DNA of 64,000 nucleotides from Fluviicola sp. (GTDB taxonomy: Bacteria > Bacteroidota > Bacteroidia > Flavobacteriales_D > Crocinitomicaceae): positions 34,719 to 98,718 of the forward strand of contig JAGOAZ010000003.1 of the NCBI GenBank assembly GCA_017983675.1. The letters are read 5' to 3'. Each line of letters begins with the position of its first letter. Within the stretch, counting starts at the first letter, position 1. This document shows positions 1-10,153 of this stretch, piece after piece. The notes under the pieces were generated by a model. That model had not been told where the DNA came from and did no database searches. It was given only the letters and a program-made list of their open reading frames with translations. A program made the translations under genes and the position numbers.

Positions 1-54
1 TACCATTCCTAAAATGGGTGGTAAAGGAATTGTAGTCGGTTAATCTCTTTCTTC

Positions 55-1452
55 ATGGCATTTTCAAGCATCACCTTTTTATATTTTTTCTTACCACTTG
101 CGCTGGGTTTCCATTACCTCTTTAAAAACATGGTTTACCGCAACATCGTTTTGTTGTTGTTTTCATTGATTTTTTATGCGTGGGGTGAGCCAATCATGAT
201 TTTGGTCTTGCTTTTTACAGCATTTTTCGACTATGGAAATGGTTTGCTCATTGAACGTTTTCGCGGTTCGCCAAAGGCAAAAGTGGTATTGGTTTTTTCA
301 ATCATTGTCAATATTGGGGCATTAGTAGCTTTCAAATACAGCGGTTTTTTATACGATAACTTGTCGCTACTTTTCGATTTACCATTTCCACGCCCGAAAG
401 TTTTCTTACCTATTGGGATTTCCTTTTATATTTTCCGGACACTTTCCTACACAGTTGATGTGTACCGAGGAACGGTTGCTGCTCAAAGAAATCCGTTTTC
501 ATATTTGCTCTACATCAGTTTGTTCCAGCTTACATTCATGGGACCAATTGCGCGCTACGAACAATTACAACCAGCGTTGGAAAGTCGGCATTTTTCTTGG
601 AGTGATTTCTCTTCGGGAATCAACCGCTTTTGTTTGGGCTTGTTCAAAAAAATACTCATTGCCAATGTTGCCGCCGAATTAACAGATAAATACTTGGTCA
701 ATGGCTTTTCCGATTTAACGGGAGCGGATGCTTGGTTTGGCATCGTCATGTTCTCCATTTATTTGTATTTCGATTTTTCTGGTTATTCCGACATGGCAAT
801 AGGAATAGGGCGGATGTTTGGCATTCACATTTTAGAAAATTTCCGTCATCCGTACGCAGCAATTTCGGTCGCTGATTTTTACCGTCGTTGGCACATTTCT
901 TTGGGAACGTTTTTCAGAGATTACGTCTACATTCCCTTGGGTGGAAACCGTAAATACCAAGACCGAAATATTTTCATTGTTTGGATGTTAACCGGTTTGT
1001 GGCATGGCGCGCAGTGGAATTATGTCTTGTGGGGTTGTTACTTTGGCGTTATCATGATTTTGGAAAAATACGCACGTTCCGTTTTGGCGGTCACACCACG
1101 TTTTTTGAAACATACGTACACCCTAATTTTAATCGTGTTTAGCCGCGCTATCTTTTATTTCGAAGATTTTGATGCCTTGTGGAACTTCATCACCATACAT
1201 TTATTTGATTTCCATACCTTCTCTAATTTGGGTATTGCAGTCGATGTCACAACACACATATACTGGCTTAGTATTGTTATTATTTTGTGTATACCATGGA
1301 ACGAATTCATCCGAAATACTGGGAAAGCTTGGCGTTTTTTCACGCAAACGTATTTGTACACAAGTCCAATCATTTCACTTGCTTTTCTAGTATTGTCAAC
1401 GATGATGATTTTAGGTTCTTCGTTTAATCCATTCTTTTATCAAAAGTTCTAA
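55..1452 (+). CDS. MBOAT family membrane-bound O-acyltransferase (AlgI/PatA/DltB-like)
   Basis: Multi-TM protein with LPIGISFYIF, YFDFSGYSDMAIG, FYRRWHISLGTFFRDYVYIPLGG and GLWHGA (catalytic His) motifs. Confidence 0.93.
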   Translation: MAFSSITFLYFFLPLALGFHYLFKNMVYRNIVLLLFSLIFYAWGEPIMILVLLFTAFFDYGNGLLIERFRGSPKAKVVLVFSIIVNIGALVAFKYSGFLYDNLSLLFDLPFPRPKVFLPIGISFYIFRTLSYTVDVYRGTVAAQRNPFSYLLYISLFQLTFMGPIARYEQLQPALESRHFSWSDFSSGINRFCLGLFKKILIANVAAELTDKYLVNGFSDLTGADAWFGIVMFSIYLYFDFSGYSDMAIGIGRMFGIHILENFRHPYAAISVADFYRRWHISLGTFFRDYVYIPLGGNRKYQDRNIFIVWMLTGLWHGAQWNYVLWGCYFGVIMILEKYARSVLAVTPRFLKHTYTLILIVFSRAIFYFEDFDALWNFITIHLFDFHTFSNLGIAVDVTTHIYWLSIVIILCIPWNEFIRNTGKAWRFFTQTYLYTSPIISLAFLVLSTMMILGSSFNPFFYQKF

Positions 1453-1454
1453 GC

Positions 1455-2780
1455 ATGATACATAAAATCAATGTCATTGTTTTTGTTGGTGCTATTTTGA
1501 TTGGTACAACTGCTTTTTTTACACTGAAAAAAGAAAAAATATCTCAGGCTGAAAAACGGGAATTGGCGGAAATGAAACCGTTTAATTGGCAAACATTCAC
1601 GGAAAAAGAATGGTCAAAAGGAACAGCAGCTTATTTGGCTGACCATTTCCCTTTTCGAACAGCACTAATTGATGGTTCTGATAAAATTAAAGCTGCAAGA
1701 GGAATTATCATCGAATCGCAAGAACGCATTTTTTTAGCGAAAAAACCGACAAAAAAGCAGAAAGAAGTGGTCGACCCGAGTATTTCTCATTTGGAATATG
1801 TGGATGATTTCGAAGAAGATTATACCGGAGATTTATTGATATTAAATGGGAAAGTCTACAATTTGACTGGAGGTTCTACCAAAATGGCAGCAGTTTTTGC
1901 TAAGATGGTCAACGAATACGCTGCAGCATTGAAAGGACACACCACAGTTTATACAGCTGTTCCACCTGTAGCTTGTGCATTTATTCCTGTTGAGAAGTAT
2001 AAAAAGTACAACACCCAAAATAGAAACACTTTAGCTGCTATTGGTGCGAATTTGAAAAACGGTGCGCTTTTTTCAGATGTATTTACCGAATTGAATAACC
2101 ACGCAGGCGAGCAATTATTTTTCGGAACAGATCACCATTGGAATGCCACTGGAGCATATTACGGTTACGTTGCTTTTTGTAAAGCAGCGGGTTTAACTCC
2201 TGTTCCCTTGGCAAAAATGGACAAGAAAATCAAATACGGTTTTTTGGGAACGATGTATCAAACAACGCGCGACCAATCGGTCAAAGAGCATGCGGATACA
2301 TTTAAATATTACATTCCAAAAGTCGCGACGAAAGCCGTTCGATACAGTGAATACAATTACAACAGTCCGCAACGTGTATCAGTATTTGCCAATTCAAATG
2401 GTGGAAACATGTATTCAACTTTTGTGAGTGGCGATCATCCTTTGATAAAAATCACAACAGGTGTCAAAAACGGACGCAAATGTGCAGTGGTAAAAAACTC
2501 CATGGGAAATGCGTTCAGTGTGTTCTTAATTAGCCATTACGAAGAAATTTACGTGGTCGATTTTCGTTATTCCAAACATAATTTGATGTCGTTAATCCGT
2601 GAAAACAAGATAGATGACTTGATTTTTGCAGTTGGATTGTACGCAACAATGAGTAATGGAACGATCAACATGATGCGTCGTTTGGCAAGTCATGCTGGAA
2701 TGGCTCCGCCTGCTCCAGTGGTTAATCCTTCAAACGATACACTCCGAAAAACAATGAACCAACAACCAGATACGTTGTGA
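1455..2780 (+). CDS. DHHW family periplasmic O-acetyltransferase (AlgJ/AlgX-like)
   Basis: N-terminal anchor, [11 protein letters not shown] motif, [12 protein letters not shown]-like block; lies 2 nt after the MBOAT gene. Confidence 0.82.
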   Translation: MIHKINVIVFVGAILIGTTAFFTLKKEKISQAEKRELAEMKPFNWQTFTEKEWSKGTAAYLADHFPFRTALIDGSDKIKAARGIIIESQERIFLAKKPTKKQKEVVDPSISHLEYVDDFEEDYTGDLLILNGKVYNLTGGSTKMAAVFAKMVNEYAAALKGHTTVYTAVPPVACAFIPVEKYKKYNTQNRNTLAAIGANLKNGALFSDVFTELNNHAGEQLFFGTDHHWNATGAYYGYVAFCKAAGLTPVPLAKMDKKIKYGFLGTMYQTTRDQSVKEHADTFKYYIPKVATKAVRYSEYNYNSPQRVSVFANSNGGNMYSTFVSGDHPLIKITTGVKNGRKCAVVKNSMGNAFSVFLISHYEEIYVVDFRYSKHNLMSLIRENKIDDLIFAVGLYATMSNGTINMMRRLASHAGMAPPAPVVNPSNDTLRKTMNQQPDTL

Positions 2781-4234
2781 TGCAAAAAACACTTTTTTTC
2801 GTCCTATCAGTATTCGTTTTTACTTATTCATTTGCTCAAGATTCTCTTTTGCAACGATTGAAAATGGACACTTCGTTCGCTTTTTTACAATATAAAAATC
2901 CAGCATTACTTGCATCCTTGCAACGCCAACTAAACAACTCCGATTCCGATAAATTTGTCATTTATCATTTTGGTGGAAGTCACATTCAAGCTGGTATGCC
3001 ACCGAATGTTGCACGAAAATACTTGCAAGATCGTTATGGTGATGGTGGACCGGGAATGATTTTCAGTTACAAGGCAGCAGACACGTATTCGTCGGTTAAC
3101 TACAAATCAACGAAAACTGGTAATTGGATTTTTGGCAAGAGTTTTCAAGGCAATCCAAAAGTTCCGCTAGGAGTTTGTGGAATGGGCGTTGAAACTACTT
3201 CAAAATCGGCTAGTTTGGGATTTCAGTTCAAACAAACGATAAGTAAAGCTGAATATTTTTTGAACGTTTTTGTTGAAAGTGACACGTTAAATCGCCCGTT
3301 TCAATTGAAAATAAACGACCAAGTTTATCTGCAAAGCCAATTACAAGAAATAGCACCTGGAAGTTGGCAATTGGCCTTTAGTGGTTCTATCGATTCCATT
3401 TCTGTTGCCATTCTTGCTGATTCAACCAATGCGAACAAACGTTTTCGTTTTTATGGCATCGATATTGAACGACAAGTAAATACGGGTGTAGTTTACCATT
3501 CTCTTGGTGTCGGTGCTGCTGCTTTTCGCTCTGTTTTGCAATTGGAAAAATTAACCGATCATTCAAAGGTATTGTTACCCGACATGGTTTTTTTAGATTT
3601 TGGCACCAATGACATTTTGTACACCAACGCGATTGATAAAAAATTACCAGCAACAGTCGAAAAAGCAATAGCTCAGTTCCGCGCAATAAATCCTAACATA
3701 CTGATTGTGTTGACAAGCACACAAGATTTATATAAAAATGGAAAGTACATCACAGCGGGTGTTGAATTTGTCCAGCTAATGGATTCATTGGCTCAGAAAA
3801 ACGATTGCTTCTTTTGGAATTGGTACGATTTAGCTGGAGGTTATGGAACCATCAATACATGGAAACAAGAAAAATACGCAAAACCTGATGGAATACATTT
3901 AACTGCGGATGGGTATGCTGTCAAAGGAGAATGGTTGTTTCGTTCGTTTCAAAATTCCCTTCAATTTGGGCAAGCCTATCCAGATGCTTCGTGTTTGATA
4001 CCAATGAAAGGATTTCCTTTGAAAGCAGCAATTGACTCATTACAAGTTCCAGTTGTCCAACCTATTCAACGTTCTCCAGAAGTTGAACGCCAACGCTATT
4101 ATACGGTTAGATCGGGCGACACCTTGGGCGAAATTGCGCAGAAACATGGTGTTTCAGTTAGCGCACTCAAACGCGCGAATGGATTGCGTTCTGATGTGTT
4201 GCAAATTGGCAAACGCTTAAAAATACCGAAATAA
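2777..4234 (+). CDS. SGNH/GDSL hydrolase or acetyltransferase with C-terminal LysM domain
   Basis: Signal peptide; FGGSHIQAG (block I), GTND (block III), DGIH (block V); C-terminal [29 protein letters not shown] LysM; 4-nt overlap with the upstream gene. Confidence 0.85.
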   Translation: MMQKTLFFVLSVFVFTYSFAQDSLLQRLKMDTSFAFLQYKNPALLASLQRQLNNSDSDKFVIYHFGGSHIQAGMPPNVARKYLQDRYGDGGPGMIFSYKAADTYSSVNYKSTKTGNWIFGKSFQGNPKVPLGVCGMGVETTSKSASLGFQFKQTISKAEYFLNVFVESDTLNRPFQLKINDQVYLQSQLQEIAPGSWQLAFSGSIDSISVAILADSTNANKRFRFYGIDIERQVNTGVVYHSLGVGAAAFRSVLQLEKLTDHSKVLLPDMVFLDFGTNDILYTNAIDKKLPATVEKAIAQFRAINPNILIVLTSTQDLYKNGKYITAGVEFVQLMDSLAQKNDCFFWNWYDLAGGYGTINTWKQEKYAKPDGIHLTADGYAVKGEWLFRSFQNSLQFGQAYPDASCLIPMKGFPLKAAIDSLQVPVVQPIQRSPEVERQRYYTVRSGDTLGEIAQKHGVSVSALKRANGLRSDVLQIGKRLKIPK

Positions 4235-4246
4235 AAATGGGGGAAT

Positions 4247-4276
4247 AAAAAAAGGAGTTGTCAAACAACCCCTTTT
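4247..4276. terminator. Probable bidirectional intrinsic terminator
   Basis: aaaaggagttg-tcaaa-caacccctttt hairpin (one mismatch) between convergent genes. Confidence 0.65.
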
Positions 4277-4299
4277 CAATCTATTTATTCCACTTGCTA

Positions 4300-5460
4300 T
4301 TAAAGTGTTCCTCTTTTTTCTTGTTCTCTTTCGATGGACTCGAAAAGCGCTTTGAAGTTTCCTGCGCCAAATCCTTTTGCACCCATTCGTTGAATGATTT
4401 CAAAGAACAACGTTGGTCTGTCTTCTACAGGTTTTGTAAAGATTTGCAACAAATAACCTTCTTCATCTGCATCAACTAAAATGCTGAGTTCTTGTAATGT
4501 TGAAATCGGTTCGTTCATGATAGACATGTGTTCACCCAAACGCGCTGGGATGTCATCGTAATATGCTTGTGGTGGTGCAGATAAAAATTCCACACCGCGC
4601 GCGCGCAATTGTTTCACGGTTTCAATAATGTTGTCCGTTGCAACTGCAATGTGTTGTGCTCCTGGCCCTTCGTAAAAATCCAAGTACTCTTCAATTTGTG
4701 AACGCTTGTTTCCTTCAGCTGGCTCATTGATTGGGAACTTGATGCGCCCATTTCCGTTTGACATTACTTTTGACATCAAAGCCGAGTATTCTGTATGAAT
4801 TTGCGAGTCATCAAACGATAAGAAGTTGACAAATCCCATGACATCTTCGTACCATTTCACCCACGTATTCATTTCTCCCCAACCGACATTTCCTACCATG
4901 TGGTCGATGAATTTCAACCCTGTTGGAGCTGGATTATAGTCAGATTCCCATTTTTGGTATCCTGGTAAAAAGATTCCGTTGTAATTTTTACGTTCAACAA
5001 ACATGTGAACAGTTTCGCCATACGTGTAGATTCCTGCACGAACAACTTCTCCGTGTTCATCGGTTTCAACAGTTGGTTCCATAAATGAAACCGCACCTCT
5101 TTTGGTTGTTTCTTCCCACGCTGAACGCGCATCTTCTACCCAAAGTGCAATAACTTTCACACCATCACCATGTTTTTTTACGTGTTCACCAATTGGCGAT
5201 TCACTGTTCAAAGCAGTCGTTAAAATGATACGAATTTTATCTTGTTTCAATACATACGAAGCACGATCACGAACTCCTGTTTCCAATCCAGCGTATGCTA
5301 ATGATTGAAAACCGAAAGCTGTTTTATAATAGTGCGCTGCTTGTTTGGCATTACCCACATAAAATTCAACGTAATCTGTTCCTAATAATGGTAAGAAATC
5401 TTGAGCTCCCTCAAAGATTTTTTCCAAACCATATTCTACATTTTTAATTTCTTTACTCAT
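4300..5460 (-). CDS. hppD: 4-hydroxyphenylpyruvate dioxygenase
   Basis: IDHMVGNV, QIEEYL, GAQHIA, LLQIFTKP, FFEIIQR and GFGAGNFKALFE motifs; start moved to ATG MSKEIK at 5460. Confidence 0.97.
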   Translation of the reverse strand: MSKEIKNVEYGLEKIFEGAQDFLPLLGTDYVEFYVGNAKQAAHYYKTAFGFQSLAYAGLETGVRDRASYVLKQDKIRIILTTALNSESPIGEHVKKHGDGVKVIALWVEDARSAWEETTKRGAVSFMEPTVETDEHGEVVRAGIYTYGETVHMFVERKNYNGIFLPGYQKWESDYNPAPTGLKFIDHMVGNVGWGEMNTWVKWYEDVMGFVNFLSFDDSQIHTEYSALMSKVMSNGNGRIKFPINEPAEGNKRSQIEEYLDFYEGPGAQHIAVATDNIIETVKQLRARGVEFLSAPPQAYYDDIPARLGEHMSIMNEPISTLQELSILVDADEEGYLLQIFTKPVEDRPTLFFEIIQRMGAKGFGAGNFKALFESIEREQEKRGTL

Positions 5461-5481
5461 TGTATTGTCGTTCAACTGTAA

Positions 5482-6642
5482 TTATTTTTCTAACCAACTG
5501 TATGCATAATCAGGAATCTGCATGTCGACAGCCGCTTGTGTCAATTTTAATGGACGGAATGTATCAACCATAACAGCTAATTCCAAGGTTTCTTTTTGTC
5601 CGATACTACGCTCGTATGCGCCCGGGTGTGGACCGTGAGGTGTTCCTCCAGGATGTAAAGATAGGAAACCTTTTTCAACGTGATTGCGACTCATGAAATC
5701 TCCATCTACATAATACAACACTTCATCCGAATCGATATTGCTGTGGTTGTAAGGTGCTGGAATTGCTTTTGGGTGATAATCGTACATGCGCGGCACAAAC
5801 GAACAAACGACAAAGTTGTTTCCTTCAAACGTTTGATGAATTGGCGGTGGCATGTGCACACGTCCCGTTATTGGTTCAAAATTATGAATCGAAAACGCAT
5901 ACGGGAAATTATAGCCATCCCAACCAACGACATCAAAGGGATGCGCAGCATACGTCAACTCGTGTATTTTGTTTTCTTTTTTGATTTTAATCACAAAATC
6001 ACCTAATTCATCGTGTGTTTCCAATTCATGAGGTGCACGGATGTCGCGTTCGCAAAAGGGAGAATGTTCCAATAATTGTCCAAATTTACTGCGGTAATTA
6101 CGTGGAGTAAGAATAGGTGAAAACGACTCAACAATTAATAAACGGTTATCAGTTGTGTCAAAATCAATTTGATAAATCATTCCACGTGGAATAACCAAGT
6201 AATCTCCGTAAGAAAAATCAATGTTACCAACCAAGGTTCTTAATTTTCCACTTCCTTTGTGAATGAATAATAATTCGTCCGAATCTGCATTTTTATAAAA
6301 ATACGTTGTCATGGATTGACGAGGAGCAGCTACTGCAAGATTAATATCATTATTAAACAATACAATTTCACGGCTTTCTAAAAAATCATCTGTAGGAGCA
6401 ACGTTGAATCCTTGAATCATGCGCGCAGCAATGTTGTTTTCAACGGCAGCTTTTGGGCTAACATCAACGGGATCTTTCATCGCTTTCACCATCGTAGGAC
6501 GGTGTTCGTGATATAATAAAGAAGAAAAACCACTAAAACCTTCTGTTCCGAACAACTGTTCGTAATACAAACCACCAGAAGCTTTTTCAAACTGCGTGTG
6601 GCGTTTTGGTGGAATCTTACCTAGTTTATGATAAAAGGGCAT
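5482..6642 (-). CDS. hmgA: Homogentisate 1,2-dioxygenase
   Basis: NADSDELLFIHKG, PYNHSNIDSDEVLYY, HPGGTPHGPHP, ELAVMVDTF motifs; adjacent to hppD. Confidence 0.93.
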   Translation of the reverse strand: MPFYHKLGKIPPKRHTQFEKASGGLYYEQLFGTEGFSGFSSLLYHEHRPTMVKAMKDPVDVSPKAAVENNIAARMIQGFNVAPTDDFLESREIVLFNNDINLAVAAPRQSMTTYFYKNADSDELLFIHKGSGKLRTLVGNIDFSYGDYLVIPRGMIYQIDFDTTDNRLLIVESFSPILTPRNYRSKFGQLLEHSPFCERDIRAPHELETHDELGDFVIKIKKENKIHELTYAAHPFDVVGWDGYNFPYAFSIHNFEPITGRVHMPPPIHQTFEGNNFVVCSFVPRMYDYHPKAIPAPYNHSNIDSDEVLYYVDGDFMSRNHVEKGFLSLHPGGTPHGPHPGAYERSIGQKETLELAVMVDTFRPLKLTQAAVDMQIPDYAYSWLEK

Positions 6643-6804
6643 AATTTGTTTATTTTAATTTCGAAATAGCATTATAAAACATAGTCGAACAAAAATACCA
6701 AAAACTGTAATGACTAAAAAATGATTTTGATTAGGTTTTTTGAAGCTACAATCTTTAGTGATTTGCTGCTAAAAAAGATTATTTTTGTTCCATAGTTTGC
6801 TATT

Positions 6805-7749
6805 ATGAAGAAAATATTGGTACTTGGCTCTTGTGGTCAAATTGGAACAGAGTTGGTGTTAACCCTACGCACAAAATTCGGAAACCAACAAGTTGTTGCA
6901 GCTGATTTAAAAGATGAATGCCCAACAAACCTTGCAAATGGACCTTACGTTCGGTTGGATGCCTTGGACAAAGATGCCGTAAGAAATTATATTATTGCTG
7001 AAAAATTTGACGATGTCTATTTATTAGCAGCTTTGTTATCTGCAACTGCTGAAAAAAATCCTGAGTTTGCCTGGAAATTAAACATGGAGGGCTTGTTTAC
7101 CATTCTTGATTTAGCAAAAGAAGGTCACATTGAAAAGATTTTCTGGCCCTCATCCATTGCCGTTTTTGGACCAACAACTCCACGAGACAATACGCCACAA
7201 TACACAGTTATGGAACCGTCTACAGTTTACGGTATTTCCAAACAAGCGGGAGAACGTTGGTGTGAATATTATTTCAATAAGTTCAATGTCGATGTACGAA
7301 GCATTCGCTACCCAGGATTAATTTCTTACAAAAGTTTGCCAGGTGGAGGAACGACCGATTATGCCGTCGATATTTTCTACAAAGCAAAGGCGGGAGAACC
7401 GTTTACATGTTTCCTAAAAGAAGATACTGCACTTCCTATGATGTTCATGGATGATGCCATTCGTGCAACAATAGAATTAATGGAGGCGCCAAGTGAACAA
7501 ATTAAGATTCGCTCGAGTTATAATTTATCGGCACTATCATTCACACCAAAAACATTGTCTGAAGGAATTAAAAACAGCTTGCCAGATTTTCAAATTAGTT
7601 ATGCACCAGATTACCGACAAGCAATTGCCGATTCATGGCCAGCATCGATTGATGATAGCGCTGCTCGATCAGATTGGGGATGGAAAGAAGAATTTGACCT
7701 AAAAGCCATGATTTACGTAATGTTGGAAAATCTACCGACACCCCATTAA
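6805..7749 (+). CDS. NAD-dependent epimerase/dehydratase family; likely SDR-type L-threonine 3-dehydrogenase
   Basis: GSCGQIG Rossmann motif, YGISK (YxxxK), PGGGTTDYAVDIF, RQAIADSWP motifs typical of Flavobacterial ThrDH. Confidence 0.82.
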   Translation: MKKILVLGSCGQIGTELVLTLRTKFGNQQVVAADLKDECPTNLANGPYVRLDALDKDAVRNYIIAEKFDDVYLLAALLSATAEKNPEFAWKLNMEGLFTILDLAKEGHIEKIFWPSSIAVFGPTTPRDNTPQYTVMEPSTVYGISKQAGERWCEYYFNKFNVDVRSIRYPGLISYKSLPGGGTTDYAVDIFYKAKAGEPFTCFLKEDTALPMMFMDDAIRATIELMEAPSEQIKIRSSYNLSALSFTPKTLSEGIKNSLPDFQISYAPDYRQAIADSWPASIDDSAARSDWGWKEEFDLKAMIYVMLENLPTPH

Positions 7750-7873
7750 CGACAAATACGTAACTTTTATCGGTGTTTTTGCTGGATTTATCTAATTTAC
7801 TCGTTAATCCTGCCACACATATTTAGTTTTCAGTACCTTTAGATTGTACTACGAAAATACAAATATTGTTATC

Positions 7874-8752
7874 ATGAATAAGTGCAAAAATATCTTACTA
7901 GTCGTTTTAAATTTCTTTATCGTTCAACCAACGTTCGCTACGGGTGTAATGAACGATCAAGATGCGATTAATCAAAAATCGGAAGATGGTAAAAAACAAG
8001 GTAAATGGATTTACTTTGGAAAAGACCGTCCTGAAACTGGAACTCCTCCTGCTGGAAAAGTGGAAGAAGGCAAATACATTGACGACAGAAAAGAAGGTTT
8101 TTGGATAAAATACTACACGGATGGTGTTACGCCAAAGTTAAAAGGTGAATTTGCGAATAACCGACCAGAAGGAATGTATTATAAGTTCTATCCGAATGGG
8201 AAATTACGCGAAAAAGGCACCTATGAAAACAGTAATTACAAAGATTCATTAGTGCGTTTTCATGAAAATGGCGCTATCGAATACGAAGCAAAATACAACG
8301 AGCAAGGGAAAGAACAAGGAAAAGTAAAATACTATTATGCCAATGGGCAATGTGAATTTGTCTATTATGCAAATAACGGAACACAAGTAGGCGATGCAAT
8401 TCGTTATTGGCCAAATGGCGATATCAAGGAAATCATCACTTTTAATGCAGACGGATCGGTAGTATCGAGTACAACAAAAGATCCTGTTCATCCGATAAAC
8501 GACGCAGGAACGATTCAACAACCAGCAGAAAAGGCGCCAATCGTAGGTGCTAAACCAATTGTTTTGAGTGGGAAATGGCAATACAACGGATATAATAAAA
8601 TTTACAACTCAGAAAATGAAATTTGGCAAGATGGCGTTTTTAAAGATGGCCGTTTGTGGGACGGAAAAGTTTATGTGTACGACAAAGATGGAATCTTATT
8701 AAAAGTAAAAGTATTTAAGAATGGTGTTTATCATTCGGATGGTCAATTATAA
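7874..8752 (+). CDS. Exported MORN-variant repeat protein (YwqK-like)
   Basis: Signal peptide; repeated Y(Y/H)xNGxL/IxxxGxYxN units; start at ATG 7874 preferred over TTG 7844. Confidence 0.75.
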   Translation: MNKCKNILLVVLNFFIVQPTFATGVMNDQDAINQKSEDGKKQGKWIYFGKDRPETGTPPAGKVEEGKYIDDRKEGFWIKYYTDGVTPKLKGEFANNRPEGMYYKFYPNGKLREKGTYENSNYKDSLVRFHENGAIEYEAKYNEQGKEQGKVKYYYANGQCEFVYYANNGTQVGDAIRYWPNGDIKEIITFNADGSVVSSTTKDPVHPINDAGTIQQPAEKAPIVGAKPIVLSGKWQYNGYNKIYNSENEIWQDGVFKDGRLWDGKVYVYDKDGILLKVKVFKNGVYHSDGQL

Positions 8753-8773
8753 CTGAATCGAAATTAGACAAAA

Positions 8774-8801
8774 AAAAGGCTTGGGAGTTCCCAAGCCTTT
8801 T
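8774..8801. terminator. Bidirectional intrinsic terminator
   Basis: aaaaggcttggg-agtt-cccaagcctttt perfect hairpin between convergent genes. Confidence 0.85.
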
Positions 8802-8826
8802 CTGTTTCGTTTAAAACCGTTCTGTT

Positions 8827-9990
8827 TTATCCTTTCTTTGATTTTGTTTTCGGAGCTGGTACTGGTGTTGCTGGAGCAACTGGCGCACTTCCTGAAGTAA
8901 TATCCATTAACTCGATTTCAAAAACTAAATCACTGTATGCTGGAATAACTGGTGGTCTTCCTGCTGCACCATATGCTTTTTGATAAGGAATAATGAATCG
9001 TCCTTTCCCACCTTTTCCAAGCATGGCAACAGCTTCATCATATCCTGGAATCATTTGTCCCACATCGTGTTTGAAGTTCAACGGTTGATTTCTATCCAAC
9101 GATGAATCAAATTTTGTTCCGTTCATCAAGGTTCCTGTATAATGCGTTGAAACTTCATCTCCTTTTTTCGGTTTTTTGTTTGCGTCACCTTTTTTCTCGA
9201 TAACATACACCAATCCACTAGCAGTTTGTTGTGCTTTTGGATATGTTTTACGCACTTCTGCAAGCAAATATACTTTGTACTCTTCTTCCGTCATTTTTGC
9301 AATTTTGTCTGTACGCTCTTTTTCAATTGCATCTAAACGAGCCTTTTCAGCTTGCATAACAACGAATGCTTCTTCCATTTTACGGTAAGTTTCTTTGAAA
9401 ACTTCTGTCGCATTCCACGCTTGGTATTGATCTCCAATTCGAATAATACGAACTTGTTCCATCACATCATCTTGTACAATAGCATTGACAACATCCATTC
9501 CTGATACAACGTGACCAAAAACAGTATGCTTTCCATCTAACCAAGGTGTTTCTTTGTGCGTGATGAAAAATTGACTACCGTTTGTAGCAGGTCCACTGTT
9601 TGCCATCGATAAAATTCCTGGTCCACTGTGGCGTAAGTCTTTATTTGGTTCGTCAAAAAATTTGTAACCTGGACCACCCATTCCTGTTCCTTGTGGGTCA
9701 CCACCTTGGATCATGAAATCCTTGATAACACGGTGGAATTTTAATCCATCATAAAATGGTTTGTCAAACGAAAGTGTATCGAATGGACGAAAGTTCCCTT
9801 CAACTAACCCAACAAAATTCGCAACTGTTAAAGGTGTTTTTTCTGGTTCCAATTGAATCAAAATTTCACCTTTTGTTGTTTTGAATTGCGCATACATTCC
9901 AGGCGCTAATTCTTTGTCCTGTCCAAAAACGGTGCTACTTCCTACTAATAAAAGAAGCAAACTTGCGATGAACTGTTTTACTATTTTCAT
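8827..9990 (-). CDS. Dual-family peptidyl-prolyl isomerase (cyclophilin + FKBP)
   Basis: Signal peptide; [32 protein letters not shown] (cyclophilin); [28 protein letters not shown] (FKBP); start MKIVKQ at 9990. Confidence 0.93.
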   Translation of the reverse strand: MKIVKQFIASLLLLLVGSSTVFGQDKELAPGMYAQFKTTKGEILIQLEPEKTPLTVANFVGLVEGNFRPFDTLSFDKPFYDGLKFHRVIKDFMIQGGDPQGTGMGGPGYKFFDEPNKDLRHSGPGILSMANSGPATNGSQFFITHKETPWLDGKHTVFGHVVSGMDVVNAIVQDDVMEQVRIIRIGDQYQAWNATEVFKETYRKMEEAFVVMQAEKARLDAIEKERTDKIAKMTEEEYKVYLLAEVRKTYPKAQQTASGLVYVIEKKGDANKKPKKGDEVSTHYTGTLMNGTKFDSSLDRNQPLNFKHDVGQMIPGYDEAVAMLGKGGKGRFIIPYQKAYGAAGRPPVIPAYSDLVFEIELMDITSGSAPVAPATPVPAPKTKSKKG

Positions 9991-10153
9991 AATTAATAAA
10001 TTGATATTGTTTGTTGTTATGTTATTCAAAAATCAAACCAAATTTAGCCGAAATCTTTCAAATGACGTTATCATCTCTGAAAAGTTCGCTTAAAAATTAA
10101 GATTCTCTCTTTTTTTTATCTGAATAAATCGCAGATTCAGCTAAATTTGTCAC

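Noticed and set aside
4300-6642. hppD-hmgA (and nbaC at 28082) as an unusual aromatic catabolism or pigment locus
   Set aside because: Standard tyrosine and kynurenine pathway genes in Flavobacteriia; both reading frames look intact
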